The notes under the pieces were generated by a model, which worked only from the letters and a program-made list of their open reading frames with translations, was not told the origin of the DNA and did not search any database. DNA of 64,000 bases from Planctomycetota bacterium (GTDB lineage Bacteria > Planctomycetota > SZUA-567 > H5-PLA8), in NCBI GenBank assembly GCA_045863855.1, contig BTVV01000009.1:30398-94397 (forward strand). Direction: 5' to 3'. Numbering within the stretch: the stretch's first letter is position 1; each line of letters opens with the position of its first letter. Position numbers and translations under genes: made by a program. Shown one piece after another: positions 31,363-41,936 of this stretch.

Positions 31363-32420
31363 GACGCCGAATACGCCATGCTTCCGTATACGTCTTGCTG
31401 GCGGCGCTGGCGGCTTGCGCGCCGGCGCCCGATGCCGGTACCTCGAACGACGACCCGGCGGCGCTGGGCGAACCCTTGGTCCGTGAGGCCGAGAAGGGGC
31501 CCGTCAAGCTGCGCCTCGAACTGCGTCCCGCGCAACCCCGGCTCTCCGATACGGTTCGCCTGTTGCTCGAAGTCCGCGCCGCGCCGGAAGTCGAGATCGA
31601 GCCCCCAGCCTTCGCCAAATCCATGGGCGAGTTTCTCATCTCCGACTTCCACGAAGCTGCGGCGGGCCTCGAAGATGGCGTACCCGTGCGGCGCTTTCAC
31701 TACGAGTTGGAGCCCACGCAGGCCGGCCCGCACCTGATCCGCGAACTTTCGGTCACCTTTGTCGATCGGCGAGCGGCCTCGGAAGCGACGGATGCCCGAG
31801 GCGAGGTGGCGCTGGACCCGGTTCAAGTGGACGTGACCTCCGAGTTCGCCTCCGGCGCCCCCGATCTCGCGCAACTCGAACCGATGCGCGATCCCGTGGC
31901 GCTGCCCGTTCCGCCTTCGCGTTGGGCCTGGATCGTCGCCGGCGCGCTCGGGGTGCTGGCGCTCACGGGCTTGTTGCTGTACCTGCGCCGCCGCAGGCAC
32001 GCGCTCGAAGCCGCCGCGCCGCAGCGGTCGCCTGAGGAGATCGCGCACGAAGCCCTCAGACTCCTGCGCGAGCGCCGCCTGCCCGAACAGGGCCAGTTCG
32101 CCGAGTTTTACGTCGAACTCACGGCCATCGTCCGCCGCTACGTCGAACTGCGCACCGCCATTCATGCGCCCGAGCAGACTACCGAAGAATTCCTTCGCGC
32201 GATGCGCGCCGACGTGCGCTTCGATCCGGGGCAGCGGGAACGTTTGCGGCACTTCCTCGAAGCCAGTGACTTGGTCAAGTACGCGGCACAACGTCCGCGC
32301 GCCGAAGAGATCGAAGACGCCTTCGACCGCGCGCAGCAGTTCGTTGGACTGGGCGGGCAGGGGCTGTTGCGCCCGGAGCCAACTCCCGAACTCGCGGAAG
32401 CCGGCGGAGCGGCGCGATGA
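31359..32420 (+). CDS. Bat-operon membrane lipoprotein (BatD-like Ig domain plus TM helix)
   Basis: ATGA overlap with the DUF58 stop. Lipobox LAAC, a TM helix, and the conserved TTEEFL...DLVKYA tail typical of the gene preceding batA. Confidence 0.75.
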   Translation: MRRRIRHASVYVLLAALAACAPAPDAGTSNDDPAALGEPLVREAEKGPVKLRLELRPAQPRLSDTVRLLLEVRAAPEVEIEPPAFAKSMGEFLISDFHEAAAGLEDGVPVRRFHYELEPTQAGPHLIRELSVTFVDRRAASEATDARGEVALDPVQVDVTSEFASGAPDLAQLEPMRDPVALPVPPSRWAWIVAGALGVLALTGLLLYLRRRRHALEAAAPQRSPEEIAHEALRLLRERRLPEQGQFAEFYVELTAIVRRYVELRTAIHAPEQTTEEFLRAMRADVRFDPGQRERLRHFLEASDLVKYAAQRPRAEEIEDAFDRAQQFVGLGGQGLLRPEPTPELAEAGGAAR

Positions 32421-33499
32421 TCGAAACGTGGCCCACCTTCCGCGCGCCGGAATTTCTCGCCCTCTTGCCCGTCGCCGCCGGAACCGTCTACTACGCGCTG
32501 CGTCGCGCCGCGCGCCCTACCGTGCTTTACTCCAGCGTCGCCGACCTGCGCGGACTGCCGGTCTCGTGGGCCCACAGACTTAAGCAGGCCATGCCCTACG
32601 TCCGCATGCTGGGCTTGGGATGCCTCATCGTCGCCTTGGCCCGCCCGCAGCAGGGCATCACCGAGACCTTGCTGCGCACCGAAGGCATCGCCATTCAGGC
32701 CGCGCTCGATACATCGGGTTCCATGGACGCGATGGATTTCACACTCGACGGCAAGCGCAGTTCGCGCATGGAAGCCGTGAAGCGCGTTTTCACCGAGTTC
32801 GTGGCCGGGGCGCCAGCCGCCGGATTGGCCGGACGGCCCGACGATCCGATCGGCCTCGTCGCGTTCGGCGGATACGCCGACAGCCGCTGCCCGCTCACGC
32901 TCGATCACGGCGCATTGGTCGAAGTCGTAAAGACCCTCGATACGCCCAAGCTGCTCGAAGACCGCCGCGGAAACGTCGTCAACGAAGACCTGTGGCGCGA
33001 AGAGCAGCGCACCGCCATCGGCGACGCCATCGCACTATCGCTCGGGCGGCTCAAGGAAATTACGGCCAAGAGCAAGGTCATTGTCCTGCTTTCCGACGGC
33101 GTGAACAACGCCGGCGTGGCCGATCCCGTCGAGGCCGCGCGCGCGGCGAAAGAGATGGGCATCCGTATCTACTCCATCGGCATCGGGCAGACCGGCTCGG
33201 CGCTGTTTCCCGTGCCCGATCGCTTCGGAAAGACTGTCCTGCGCCCCATGGACGTCGAACTCGACGAGCGTCTGCTGAAGGAAGTTGCGAGCATGACCGG
33301 CGGGCAATACTTCAACGCGAAAGATACCGAAGCGCTGCGCAAAGTGTACGCAGAGATCGACCGACTCGAGCGGACGGAGACCGAGCGCCGCGTGTTCACC
33401 GATTACCACGAGCGTTACCCCGCGCCGTTATTGGCCGGGTTAGTGCTCCTGCTGCTCGACGGTGTGCTCGCGGCCACCCGGCTGCGAACGCTGCCCTGA
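32417..33499 (+). CDS. batA: BatA-like vWA domain membrane protein
   Basis: ALARPQ, MIDAS motif DTSGSM, TAIGDAI, LLSDG, TGGQYF and YAEIDRLE. ATGA overlap with the upstream gene. Confidence 0.88.
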   Translation: MIETWPTFRAPEFLALLPVAAGTVYYALRRAARPTVLYSSVADLRGLPVSWAHRLKQAMPYVRMLGLGCLIVALARPQQGITETLLRTEGIAIQAALDTSGSMDAMDFTLDGKRSSRMEAVKRVFTEFVAGAPAAGLAGRPDDPIGLVAFGGYADSRCPLTLDHGALVEVVKTLDTPKLLEDRRGNVVNEDLWREEQRTAIGDAIALSLGRLKEITAKSKVIVLLSDGVNNAGVADPVEAARAAKEMGIRIYSIGIGQTGSALFPVPDRFGKTVLRPMDVELDERLLKEVASMTGGQYFNAKDTEALRKVYAEIDRLERTETERRVFTDYHERYPAPLLAGLVLLLLDGVLAATRLRTLP

Positions 33500-33531
33500 A
33501 TGCCTTGAACCGAAGGAGCCGTGCGTAAGCG

Positions 33532-36336
33532 ATGGAATGGGCCGAACCTGCCGCGTTTTATCTGCTCTGGCTGATCCCCGCCTGGATCGGCCTGCAGGTT
33601 TACGCCCGCTCGCGCCGCCGGCGCGCCGCGGCGGCCTTCCTCGATCCGGCCGCGCATGCCAAACTGCTCCCCCAAGCCTCCGCCGCACGATTCTGGACGC
33701 GCACCGCCCTCGGCTCGCTCGCGTTGCTCTTCGCGATTCTTGCCGTCGCTCGCCCGCGCTTTGGCTCGTACGTCGAGCAGGTCAAGCGCCGCGGCAGCGA
33801 CCTCGTCGTGCTGCTCGACGTCTCCCGATCCATGCTCGCCACCGATGTTACTCCCAACCGTCTGGAGCGCGCGAAGGGGGATATCAAGCTGCTCCTCCAG
33901 CGCCTGAAAGGAGAGCGCGTCGCGCTCGTCGCCTTCGCCGGCAAGCCCGTGATCAAATGCCCGCTCACCGCCGATCACGGCTTCTTCCGCCTCGCGCTCG
34001 ACGATCTCGATACGAACAGCGCACCGCGAGGAGGCACCTTGATCGGCGATGCGCTGCGCAAGGGGCTCGAACTGCTCCCCGCCGATACGCAGCGCGATCA
34101 GGCCATGCTGCTCATCACCGACGGAGAGGACCAGAACTCCTATCCGCTCGAAGCCGCAGCCGCATGCGCCGACCGCAAGGTCATCGTCTTCACGCTCGGC
34201 CTGGGCGATCCCGACCAAGGCGCCCGCGTGCCCGGGCGCGAAGCCGGCAGCTTTCTCACCCACGAAGGCCAGCAGGTCTGGACGAAGATGGATCCGACGC
34301 TGCTGCGCCAGCTCGCCGTGCGCACCCGCGGCGCCAGCATCCTGGCCGGTACGCGCAGCTACGATCTAGGCCAGCTTTACGAGGACCACCTTGCTCATCT
34401 ACGCGGCGAAGAGATCACCAGCGAAAAGCGCCAGCGCCTCCACGAACGCTACCAGTGGTTCCTCGCGCTGGCCTTGCTCTGCTTCTGCGCCGAACTCCTG
34501 ATCGCGCCGTATCCCCCGCGCCACGCCCGCGCCCGGGAGCAGGCCGCGGTTCCCGTCGCGGCCGTTCGCAAACGCGCGAAAGCCGCAGCCGCATTGATAT
34601 GGTTGGGGATCGTCACGAATGCCGCGGGCTTTGCCGGAGAAGCGAAGTCCCCCGAACCTCCGGCCGAGCCTGAGCCGGTCCAGGCCGGTCCGCCCGCGCT
34701 CGACGAGAACGAAGCCTACGCGCGCAACGAGGAAGGCCTGCAATTTTACGCCGCGGGAGCGTTCGCGGACGCGCGCCAGCGTTTCGAACAGGCGCGCGCC
34801 GGCCTGCAGGACGCCTCCGTCGTCGAATTCAATCTCGGCTGCGTTGCGCACAAGCTCGAAGAACGCGACGAAGCCGAGCGCATGTATTCGACGGCCAGCC
34901 TCGCGCAGGATCGCCGCCTCGCCGTCCAGGCGCGCTTCAACATGGGAACCCTCGATTGCGATGCCGCGCGCAAACTCGTCGGCGCCGATCCCGAGCAGGT
35001 CGAATCCGCGAAGCGCGAGGAGATCCTGAAGGCGCTGGAATCCGCCGTCCGACACTACCGCGCGTGCCTGAATCTGGACCGAGGCTACCAGCCCGCGCGG
35101 AAAAACCTCGAACTCCTGCGCCAGTGGATCAAGTACTGGACCGGCCGCTGGAAGGAACTCGATCGCCAGAAACGCCGCGAACAGCTCGATCTGGTGCGCT
35201 TTCTCGAATATCTCGTCGCCGCGCAGCAGAAATTTCGTGGAGCCACCGAAGAACTCGCCGCGCAGGAACGCGCGCCCGCCGATGCCTGGGCCGAACTGAA
35301 GCGCGTGGAGAGCGAGCTGATCGAAGAGATTCCTTTCCTGAGAAAGAAGATCGAACAGGCCGCCGGAACCGAAGCCGGCGATCCGCAGGCCGCCGATCCG
35401 AAAGCGCTCGAAGCCCAGAAACAAGCGCTGGAGGCATTGCTTAAAGCCGGCGACGAAGCGGGGCAGGCGATGGAGCGGGCCGAAGCGCGCCTCGCCGCGC
35501 GCGACGGCGCGGCGGCGCTGGACGACCAGCGCGTGGCCATCGAAAAACTCGATTTCATCTGGGAGATCGTCGTTCCGTTCCAGCGCCTCCTCGGCCACGA
35601 CTTCAAAGGGCAGACCGAGATCGTCAAGCACCTCGAGCCCACGCGCATCACCCAGGAAGCCGCGCACGTACCCCTGCCGCTCCGCGCGCCCGACGCCTCG
35701 AAAGAGACGAAGCGTTTGGCCGAAGCGCAGGAGAAAATCGCGCGCCGGACCGCACTCCTCGTGCCCAAGGCCAAGCAGGAACTCGAACAGCTCAAGAACG
35801 AACCGCCGCCCGAGCACCCCGCGCCGCCCCCGGAACCCGGCCAGCCCGCGCCGCCGACGCCCGAACAGATCAAGCAAGGGCTCGAGAAAGCAATCGAACT
35901 CGCGCCCGGCGCCGTCGCAAGCCAGCTTTCGGCGCTGAAGCACCTGCAAGCCGAATGGCGGCTCGACGCCTATCCGGAAGCCGAAGCCGCGCGCAAAATC
36001 CTCGAAGAGATCGTCAAGGCGCAACCCCCGCAGCCGCCCGATCCGCAGCAAAATCAAGACTCGCAGGACCAGCAGGAACAGCAGCAAGAAGAACCGGAGC
36101 CCAAGCCGCAGGAAAACAAGACCGGCGCGGACGGTAAAACGCCGGAATCGAAGAGCGAGGACCAGCAGGACAAGCCCGAGGACGGGGAAAAGAAAGAGCC
36201 GAAGCTAACCCTTTCCCCCGAACAGATCGACGCCTTGCTGCGCCGCGTGCGCGAGCGCGAACAGGAACGCCGCCGCAAGCTCGACGAAATCCAAGGCCGC
36301 TTGCTGGGACCGGCCGATGTGGATAAGGATTGGTAA
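33532..36336 (+). CDS. batB: BatB-like vWA protein fused to TPR and long helical BatC-like region
   Basis: DVSRSMLATDVTPNRLERAK, LITDGED, TPR-like FNLG/FNMG helices, a Q/E/P-rich linker and the C-terminal KDW typical of BatC. Confidence 0.82.
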   Translation: MEWAEPAAFYLLWLIPAWIGLQVYARSRRRRAAAAFLDPAAHAKLLPQASAARFWTRTALGSLALLFAILAVARPRFGSYVEQVKRRGSDLVVLLDVSRSMLATDVTPNRLERAKGDIKLLLQRLKGERVALVAFAGKPVIKCPLTADHGFFRLALDDLDTNSAPRGGTLIGDALRKGLELLPADTQRDQAMLLITDGEDQNSYPLEAAAACADRKVIVFTLGLGDPDQGARVPGREAGSFLTHEGQQVWTKMDPTLLRQLAVRTRGASILAGTRSYDLGQLYEDHLAHLRGEEITSEKRQRLHERYQWFLALALLCFCAELLIAPYPPRHARAREQAAVPVAAVRKRAKAAAALIWLGIVTNAAGFAGEAKSPEPPAEPEPVQAGPPALDENEAYARNEEGLQFYAAGAFADARQRFEQARAGLQDASVVEFNLGCVAHKLEERDEAERMYSTASLAQDRRLAVQARFNMGTLDCDAARKLVGADPEQVESAKREEILKALESAVRHYRACLNLDRGYQPARKNLELLRQWIKYWTGRWKELDRQKRREQLDLVRFLEYLVAAQQKFRGATEELAAQERAPADAWAELKRVESELIEEIPFLRKKIEQAAGTEAGDPQAADPKALEAQKQALEALLKAGDEAGQAMERAEARLAARDGAAALDDQRVAIEKLDFIWEIVVPFQRLLGHDFKGQTEIVKHLEPTRITQEAAHVPLPLRAPDASKETKRLAEAQEKIARRTALLVPKAKQELEQLKNEPPPEHPAPPPEPGQPAPPTPEQIKQGLEKAIELAPGAVASQLSALKHLQAEWRLDAYPEAEAARKILEEIVKAQPPQPPDPQQNQDSQDQQEQQQEEPEPKPQENKTGADGKTPESKSEDQQDKPEDGEKKEPKLTLSPEQIDALLRRVREREQERRRKLDEIQGRLLGPADVDKDW

Positions 36337-38207
36337 TGCCCCGCGCGCTTCCTGTGATCCGCTGGCTCCTCCCGGTGCTGCTGCTCCTGGCGGGAGCGGC
36401 GCATGCCCGCGACAGCCGCGTCACCGTGGATGCCGCCGTGGATCCGCCGGAAGTGTACATCGGCGACTCGCTGGTCTATGTCGTCCAGGTAACCGGCGCG
36501 CGCGATGTCGCGCCGCCCGATCTCTCGGCCTTGAAAGCCGAATTCGAGATCTCCGGTCCCAGCGTCCAGTACTCCACGCGCAGCGAGAATTTTCGCTCCT
36601 GGGTGGCCGCGCAATTTCGCTACGTGCTGACGCCGCGCCGCCCTGGAAAGTTAGTGCTTCCGCCGCCCAAAGTTACCGTAAACGATCACGAATACGCCGG
36701 GCCGCGGCATGAAGTCAACGTGCTCCCGCCCGAAGACCAGGACGTGGCGATCCTGGAACTCGAAGCGAAGCCGCGCCGTGTGTACGCGGGGCAACCGTTC
36801 AGCGTTATTCTGCGCGTGGTCATGAAGCCGTTGCCCGAGGCGGATCGCGAACCGCTCCAGTTCACCGAGCCGCCCGTGCTGCGCATGCCGTGGCTGAAAG
36901 AGCCGCCGGCCGACGTGCGCGCCTTGCAGGAAAAAAACGACATTCTCGGGCCCATCCTGGTGCAGACGCGCCGATCCGGCGACGCGCGGGGCTTCGAGTT
37001 GGAAGGCTTCGTCTTTCAGGGCGGCTTTTTTTCGGAAAAGGCGGTCGTTCGGCCCGAACCCAAGCGCGTGGTGCGAACCGACAAGACCGGAAAACAGCTT
37101 TCCTATTTCGTTTACGAAATCGAAACGCAATACGCCAGCGACAAGCCCGGCACGTATCCGTTCGGGCCGGCGCTGCTCAACGGCCGCTTCATCGCGGGCG
37201 TGAATGCCGGACGTATGATCGTCAAACGCTTCCCCGTGGTCGCGCCGGCGGTTGAAGTCGAAGTCGCGTCCCTCGATCCGGCCGCCATGCCGCCCGGATT
37301 CTCCGGCGCCATCGGCCGCTTCTCCATCTCGGCCACCGCCTCGCCGCTCGAATTGCGTGTCGGAGATCCCTTGACCCTGGAACTGGCCGTGAAGCCCGCT
37401 CCCGGCAGCGTTTCGCTGGAACAGGTCGGCGCACCCGATCTGACCCGCCAGGAAGGGCTGGCCCGCGATTTCGTGGTGGTCGACGAAAAGCCCATCGGGG
37501 AAGTGGCCGGAGGCGAGAAACGCTTCCGGTATGCGCTGCGCCCCAAGCGCGCGGGCGTGCAGATTCCGGCGCTGCGGTTTTCGTACTTCGACCCCCAGGC
37601 CGAGAAATACGTCGATACCGCCAGCGAACCCATCGCGCTGAAAGTCACCGAGGCCGTGGCCTTGGGCGCACAGGATGTCGTCGGCGCGCCGCGTGCAAAC
37701 GACGATCGCGGACCCGTTCAAGCCAGCGCCGGCGGCATTCACCAGAATGTCACCGGACTTCGGGATATCCGAGACGAACGCGCCGATCCGCGCCTCGTTA
37801 TCGCATGGATCGCCGGCTTGGCCGTCTTCTACGCCGCGCTCAGCACCTTTGTCGTGCGACGTCGCCGGCTGGCGGGCGACTGGGCGCGCCAGCGCCGCCT
37901 GCGCGCGCTCAAAAGCGCGCTGGCGCGGCTCGATGCGCCGGACGCCGCCGCCCCCGGCCCGATGCGCGCCGCCTTGCTGGGCCTTTGCGCCGATCTGTGC
38001 CACCTGGCCGAGGCCGGTCTGACGGCGCGCGAAGCCGACGCGGCGCTGCTGCGCGCCGGCGTATCCGAGCCCCTGCGGCGCGAACTGTCGGCGCTGCTCG
38101 AACGCCTCGAACAGGTCGCCTACGGCGGCGGCAGCATGCTGGATCCGCGGGTCTTGGATCAAGCCCGCGCACTGGCCCCGCGCATCGACGCCGAGGTGCG
38201 CCGATGA
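36336..38207 (+). CDS. batD: BatD family protein
   Basis: TAATG overlap with batB. Signal peptide, Ig-like repeats, FSGAIGRF, VGDPLTL, FSYFDP and a C-terminal TM helix. Confidence 0.85.
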   Translation: MPRALPVIRWLLPVLLLLAGAAHARDSRVTVDAAVDPPEVYIGDSLVYVVQVTGARDVAPPDLSALKAEFEISGPSVQYSTRSENFRSWVAAQFRYVLTPRRPGKLVLPPPKVTVNDHEYAGPRHEVNVLPPEDQDVAILELEAKPRRVYAGQPFSVILRVVMKPLPEADREPLQFTEPPVLRMPWLKEPPADVRALQEKNDILGPILVQTRRSGDARGFELEGFVFQGGFFSEKAVVRPEPKRVVRTDKTGKQLSYFVYEIETQYASDKPGTYPFGPALLNGRFIAGVNAGRMIVKRFPVVAPAVEVEVASLDPAAMPPGFSGAIGRFSISATASPLELRVGDPLTLELAVKPAPGSVSLEQVGAPDLTRQEGLARDFVVVDEKPIGEVAGGEKRFRYALRPKRAGVQIPALRFSYFDPQAEKYVDTASEPIALKVTEAVALGAQDVVGAPRANDDRGPVQASAGGIHQNVTGLRDIRDERADPRLVIAWIAGLAVFYAALSTFVVRRRRLAGDWARQRRLRALKSALARLDAPDAAAPGPMRAALLGLCADLCHLAEAGLTAREADAALLRAGVSEPLRRELSALLERLEQVAYGGGSMLDPRVLDQARALAPRIDAEVRR

Positions 38208-38983
38208 GCCTGCGCGGCGTGTTGGCGGTTGCATGCTGGTGCTTGAGCGTGGCGGCGTTGCACGCCGAAGACCGCGAACGTGTCTTCCACCGTGCGCTCG
38301 ATACCTTCGATGCCGCCCGCAGTCCCGACGAATTTCGCGCCGCCGCGCGCCTCTTCGAAGCCGTCCTCGACGGCGGCATCGAGAACGGAGCGGTGCTCTA
38401 CAACCTCGGTAACGCGCACTTCCGCGCCGGCGATTACGGGCGCGCCATCGCCGCCTACCGCCGCGCGCTGCGGCTGCGCCCGCGCGACCCCTACCTGCGC
38501 GCCAACCTGAACGCCGCGCTTGACGCCGCCCCCGGCGGACGCGCCGATGCCGATCCGCTGTGGTGGAAGCGCGTTTTCTTCTGGCACGCCACGCTCGCGC
38601 AGCGAGAACGCCTCTACGCCGCGGCCGGCGCGTGGAGCCTGCTATTGCTGCTCGCCTTGGTGCGGCTCTGGCGCGCGGGCGGTCCTGAACGAACGGCCGG
38701 CGCCCTTCGCGGAGCCCTCGCGTTTGCTCTGCTCGTGGCGCTCTTGGCCTCGGCAAGCGCCGTGCTCGGGGATCTCGACGAGTACGCCCGGCCGCGTGGC
38801 GTCGTCCTCGCCGAAACCCAGGCACGCAAAGGAAACGGGGAAAGCTACGAACCCGCCTTCGATCAGCCGCTCAAGCAGGGCGCCGAATTCGAGGTTCTCG
38901 ATCGGCGTGGCGGCTGGGTCCACCTGCGCCTACCCGAAGCAGGCGAAGGCTGGCTGCCCGAGTCGAGCGTCGTCACTTACTAG
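38204..38983 (+). CDS. batE: BatE-like TPR + SH3 protein
   Basis: ATGA overlap with batD. TPR YNLGNAHFRAGDYGRAIAAYRRA, two TM helices and an SH3-like tail GAEFEVLDRRGGWVHLRL...GWLP. Confidence 0.85.
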   Translation: MSLRGVLAVACWCLSVAALHAEDRERVFHRALDTFDAARSPDEFRAAARLFEAVLDGGIENGAVLYNLGNAHFRAGDYGRAIAAYRRALRLRPRDPYLRANLNAALDAAPGGRADADPLWWKRVFFWHATLAQRERLYAAAGAWSLLLLLALVRLWRAGGPERTAGALRGALAFALLVALLASASAVLGDLDEYARPRGVVLAETQARKGNGESYEPAFDQPLKQGAEFEVLDRRGGWVHLRLPEAGEGWLPESSVVTY

Positions 38984-41936
38984 GCGGGCCGTCCGGCGCC
39001 GACGGCCGCGAAAGCATGTTCAGCCACGTCATCGCCGGCCGCGTCAGCGTGCCCATGAAGGCTTGTTCGTCCGCGAAGACCGTGCACTGTTTGATCTCGT
39101 CGCCATCCACGAACGCGATCAGGTCGAGCTGCTGGCCTTCCGTCCCGCATTCGCTCACGTACTTGCGCACGATCTCGATGGCCGGAAGCGTCTTGCGCCC
39201 CATCACGTCCACCAGCGGAAAATCGACCACGCCGTCGTACGCGCGGAACACCAGCTCCGTGCACACGATCTTGTCCGTGCTGAAGAAATCGAACTCGAAA
39301 TCGTACGGCCGGCCCACGTAACTGAAGCCGCGGGCGATGGCTTCCTTCTTTTGCTCCAGCGACAAGCGCGGACGCAGCACCGCCACCGAGTCGCCGCCGC
39401 CCGCGCTGTGCTCAAGCGACGTGCAGACCACTCCTTCGCTCAACGCTTCGACGACTACGTGCGCATGCCCGTGCTCGTCGGCCGCCGCGAACGCGTCCCA
39501 ATGCGGCGCGATGCGCGGGTCCGTATGCAGGCCCAGTTCGTGCAATTCGTCCGCGGCGCCCACGTACAGCGCCGCATGCGGCCAGTAGCCCGGAAGAAAC
39601 ATATTCGAAAGATACCAGTTCCGCCGCTCGATCAGAATGTCGCCCGGCTGCAGCAGTCCGCGCAGCCGCTCCAGATCCTCCGCCGTCAGCAGCGCCTGCC
39701 CTTCGCGGGGCGCCCGGATCTTCGTATCGCCGATCCACGTTGCGATCATGCTTTGAGCGCCGTACGCGATGCTCTTGCCCAGGCCCGTCACGTCCGTGGC
39801 CGCGAGGCTCACCTTCGTCTTCCAGACCTCCCCGCCCAGACGCTCGATCGTCTCCGTGGCCCGCGCGATGCGTGCATGGAATAGCGCTTGTGGCTCCGTC
39901 TTGTGCAAACCCGTCCGTGCAAACCCTTCCGCTTGGGAACGGTGGTACGCCAGCGCTTCGTGCAGATGCTTCAGGTTGTCCAGTTGCGCGAGATTCGCCT
40001 TGATTGTGTCGTAAGTGCCGGCCGGGATATCCCACTGCGGCGCGGCCTCGTTCAGCTTCTTGATGGTCTCGTCACACTGGAAGCCGGTCACGAACTTAGC
40101 GCTGGCTTCGTACAGCACCGCCGCCGCCGTGCACGAAAGCAGTCCGGCGCGCAGCCGCAGGTCTTCACGGCGCACCTCGCCGGCCTCGCGGTATTTCCAG
40201 AGCAAATGCAGCAAGGCCTTCCGGTAACCCAGGTAGGCCATCAGTTCCTGGCGCACCGCGTCGTTGTCGGCCTGCTTGTAGTACGTCCGTTCGCCCGACT
40301 CGAATTCGCTGCGCAGCTTCAGCGCGCGCGCTTCGAGTTCATCCAAGCCGTTCAGCAGATCGGCCAGGCCTGCCTCGTCGCGTACTAAACGAGCAGCCAG
40401 GTGTTCGGGATCGATCCGGCCCAGATTCGGCGCGCGCCCCGATAATTCCGCCAGCGGCTTCTCGCGCAGCATCTCCCGGCCCACGAAGAAGGCCGCGCAG
40501 CCGGCCGTCGCGGCCAGGCCCCAGCCCACGCCCGCGGCCAACCGGCGCCGCCACACCGGAGGCGCAGGCGGCAACGGCTCCTGGGGAAAGGCGCGGACGT
40601 AATCCGCGGCCATGGCGTTTAGGCGCATCTTCAATTGGGACAGCTCGCCGCGCAGCTTCCCCGCGCGGCGCGGATGCAGCACCAGTCGCATCTGGTGCCA
40701 CCACAAGAAGAACGCCTCGCGTCCAACATTCAGGTACAATAGGGCCATCAGGCCCGCCCACGGCATCAGCGCCGTCCAGGTGTAGATCGCCCAAGGCCGG
40801 AAATCGGTCTGCGTCAGCCAGAACCAGATCACCCCCGCGTACCACGCGAGGTATATCGGAAGCCCCAGCGAAAGCCGCGCCAGCGCCACCGTCGTCCGCC
40901 CCGGCGTCTGCACGCGCGGCGCCAGCAGGCTCACCAGCGAATACGGCACGAAATGATGCAGCAGACCCGCCAGCGCCGGCAGCAGGCCCAGCAGCAGCAG
41001 GATCGGTGTCGCCAGCAATCGCGCGCAAAGCTCCAGGCCGCCGAAGCGCAGCACCGGACTGTCGACGCGCAAGCCCACTTCGGCCACGCTCTCCCGATAC
41101 GCCTGAATCGCCGCGATCCCCGTCGCCGCGCGCGGCGGATCGCTGGCATGAAAGTAGTTGATCGCTCCCGCGATCCGCCGCCGGAACATCAGCGCCGACG
41201 CAGGATGCTGGCGCGTCTCTTCCGAGGGCGGTGCGAGCACCTCCAGGTCGGTCAGCAATGCTTCCCATTCCGGCCGGTCGAGATGCACCGTCAGGGTGCG
41301 CAATTCGCGCTCGATTTCGCGCGTCAATTCGCGCATCGCCTTGCGCCCGTCTCCGCCGTGCTTTTCCAGCCAGGCCGGTGCGTCGATCGGTTCGCCCACG
41401 CGAATCCAGACTGCGCTGCGGAAGCGACCTTTTTCCTGGTAGTTCAACCCGATCGGCACGACCTTGAGCTTCTGCGCGCCCTGCTCCAGCGCCTGCATCG
41501 CGATCCGCGCCGCGCCGGAGCGCACCTTTGCCACCTGCGGAGCGTCGTGCGTCAGCCCTTCGGGGAAAATACCCAGCGCCTCGCCGCTCGAAATCAGCGT
41601 CGCCGCGCGCTCCAGCATCCCTGCGTTCTGCTCGACTAGTTTGGGATCGTCCTGTCCCCTGTACGCCGGAATCATTCCCAGTGCGCGCAACACCGCGCCG
41701 AAGACGGGCACCTCGAAAAGCGGAGCCTTGGCCAGGAAACGCACCGGACGCTGCGCCGCGATGCCCAGCAAAACCGCGTCCAGCAGACTGTTCGGATGAT
41801 TTGCCGCCAGCAGCACCGGACCGTCCCGCGGAATGCGCTCGGCGTGGCTGACCTCAATGCGTGGATAGTAGATGCGAGCCAGACGCCGGATCAGCCAGCG
41901 CGACGCGTTTCCCAAGCCCCTGCCAATAGCACCCAT
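38973..41936 (-). CDS. Fusion of PlsC-type (lyso)phospholipid acyltransferase and permuted papain-like NlpC/P60 (YiiX/YebB, peptidase C92-like) domain
   Basis: N-terminus: NHPNSLLD (HxxxxD), FLAKAPLF and IFPEG. Several TM helices in the middle. C-terminus: LQPGDILI, GYWPHAALYVG, EALSEGV and GRPYDFEF...IVCTELV (His before Cys, the permuted order). Confidence 0.8.
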   Translation of the reverse strand: MGAIGRGLGNASRWLIRRLARIYYPRIEVSHAERIPRDGPVLLAANHPNSLLDAVLLGIAAQRPVRFLAKAPLFEVPVFGAVLRALGMIPAYRGQDDPKLVEQNAGMLERAATLISSGEALGIFPEGLTHDAPQVAKVRSGAARIAMQALEQGAQKLKVVPIGLNYQEKGRFRSAVWIRVGEPIDAPAWLEKHGGDGRKAMRELTREIERELRTLTVHLDRPEWEALLTDLEVLAPPSEETRQHPASALMFRRRIAGAINYFHASDPPRAATGIAAIQAYRESVAEVGLRVDSPVLRFGGLELCARLLATPILLLLGLLPALAGLLHHFVPYSLVSLLAPRVQTPGRTTVALARLSLGLPIYLAWYAGVIWFWLTQTDFRPWAIYTWTALMPWAGLMALLYLNVGREAFFLWWHQMRLVLHPRRAGKLRGELSQLKMRLNAMAADYVRAFPQEPLPPAPPVWRRRLAAGVGWGLAATAGCAAFFVGREMLREKPLAELSGRAPNLGRIDPEHLAARLVRDEAGLADLLNGLDELEARALKLRSEFESGERTYYKQADNDAVRQELMAYLGYRKALLHLLWKYREAGEVRREDLRLRAGLLSCTAAAVLYEASAKFVTGFQCDETIKKLNEAAPQWDIPAGTYDTIKANLAQLDNLKHLHEALAYHRSQAEGFARTGLHKTEPQALFHARIARATETIERLGGEVWKTKVSLAATDVTGLGKSIAYGAQSMIATWIGDTKIRAPREGQALLTAEDLERLRGLLQPGDILIERRNWYLSNMFLPGYWPHAALYVGAADELHELGLHTDPRIAPHWDAFAAADEHGHAHVVVEALSEGVVCTSLEHSAGGGDSVAVLRPRLSLEQKKEAIARGFSYVGRPYDFEFDFFSTDKIVCTELVFRAYDGVVDFPLVDVMGRKTLPAIEIVRKYVSECGTEGQQLDLIAFVDGDEIKQCTVFADEQAFMGTLTRPAMTWLNMLSRPSAPDGPPSK

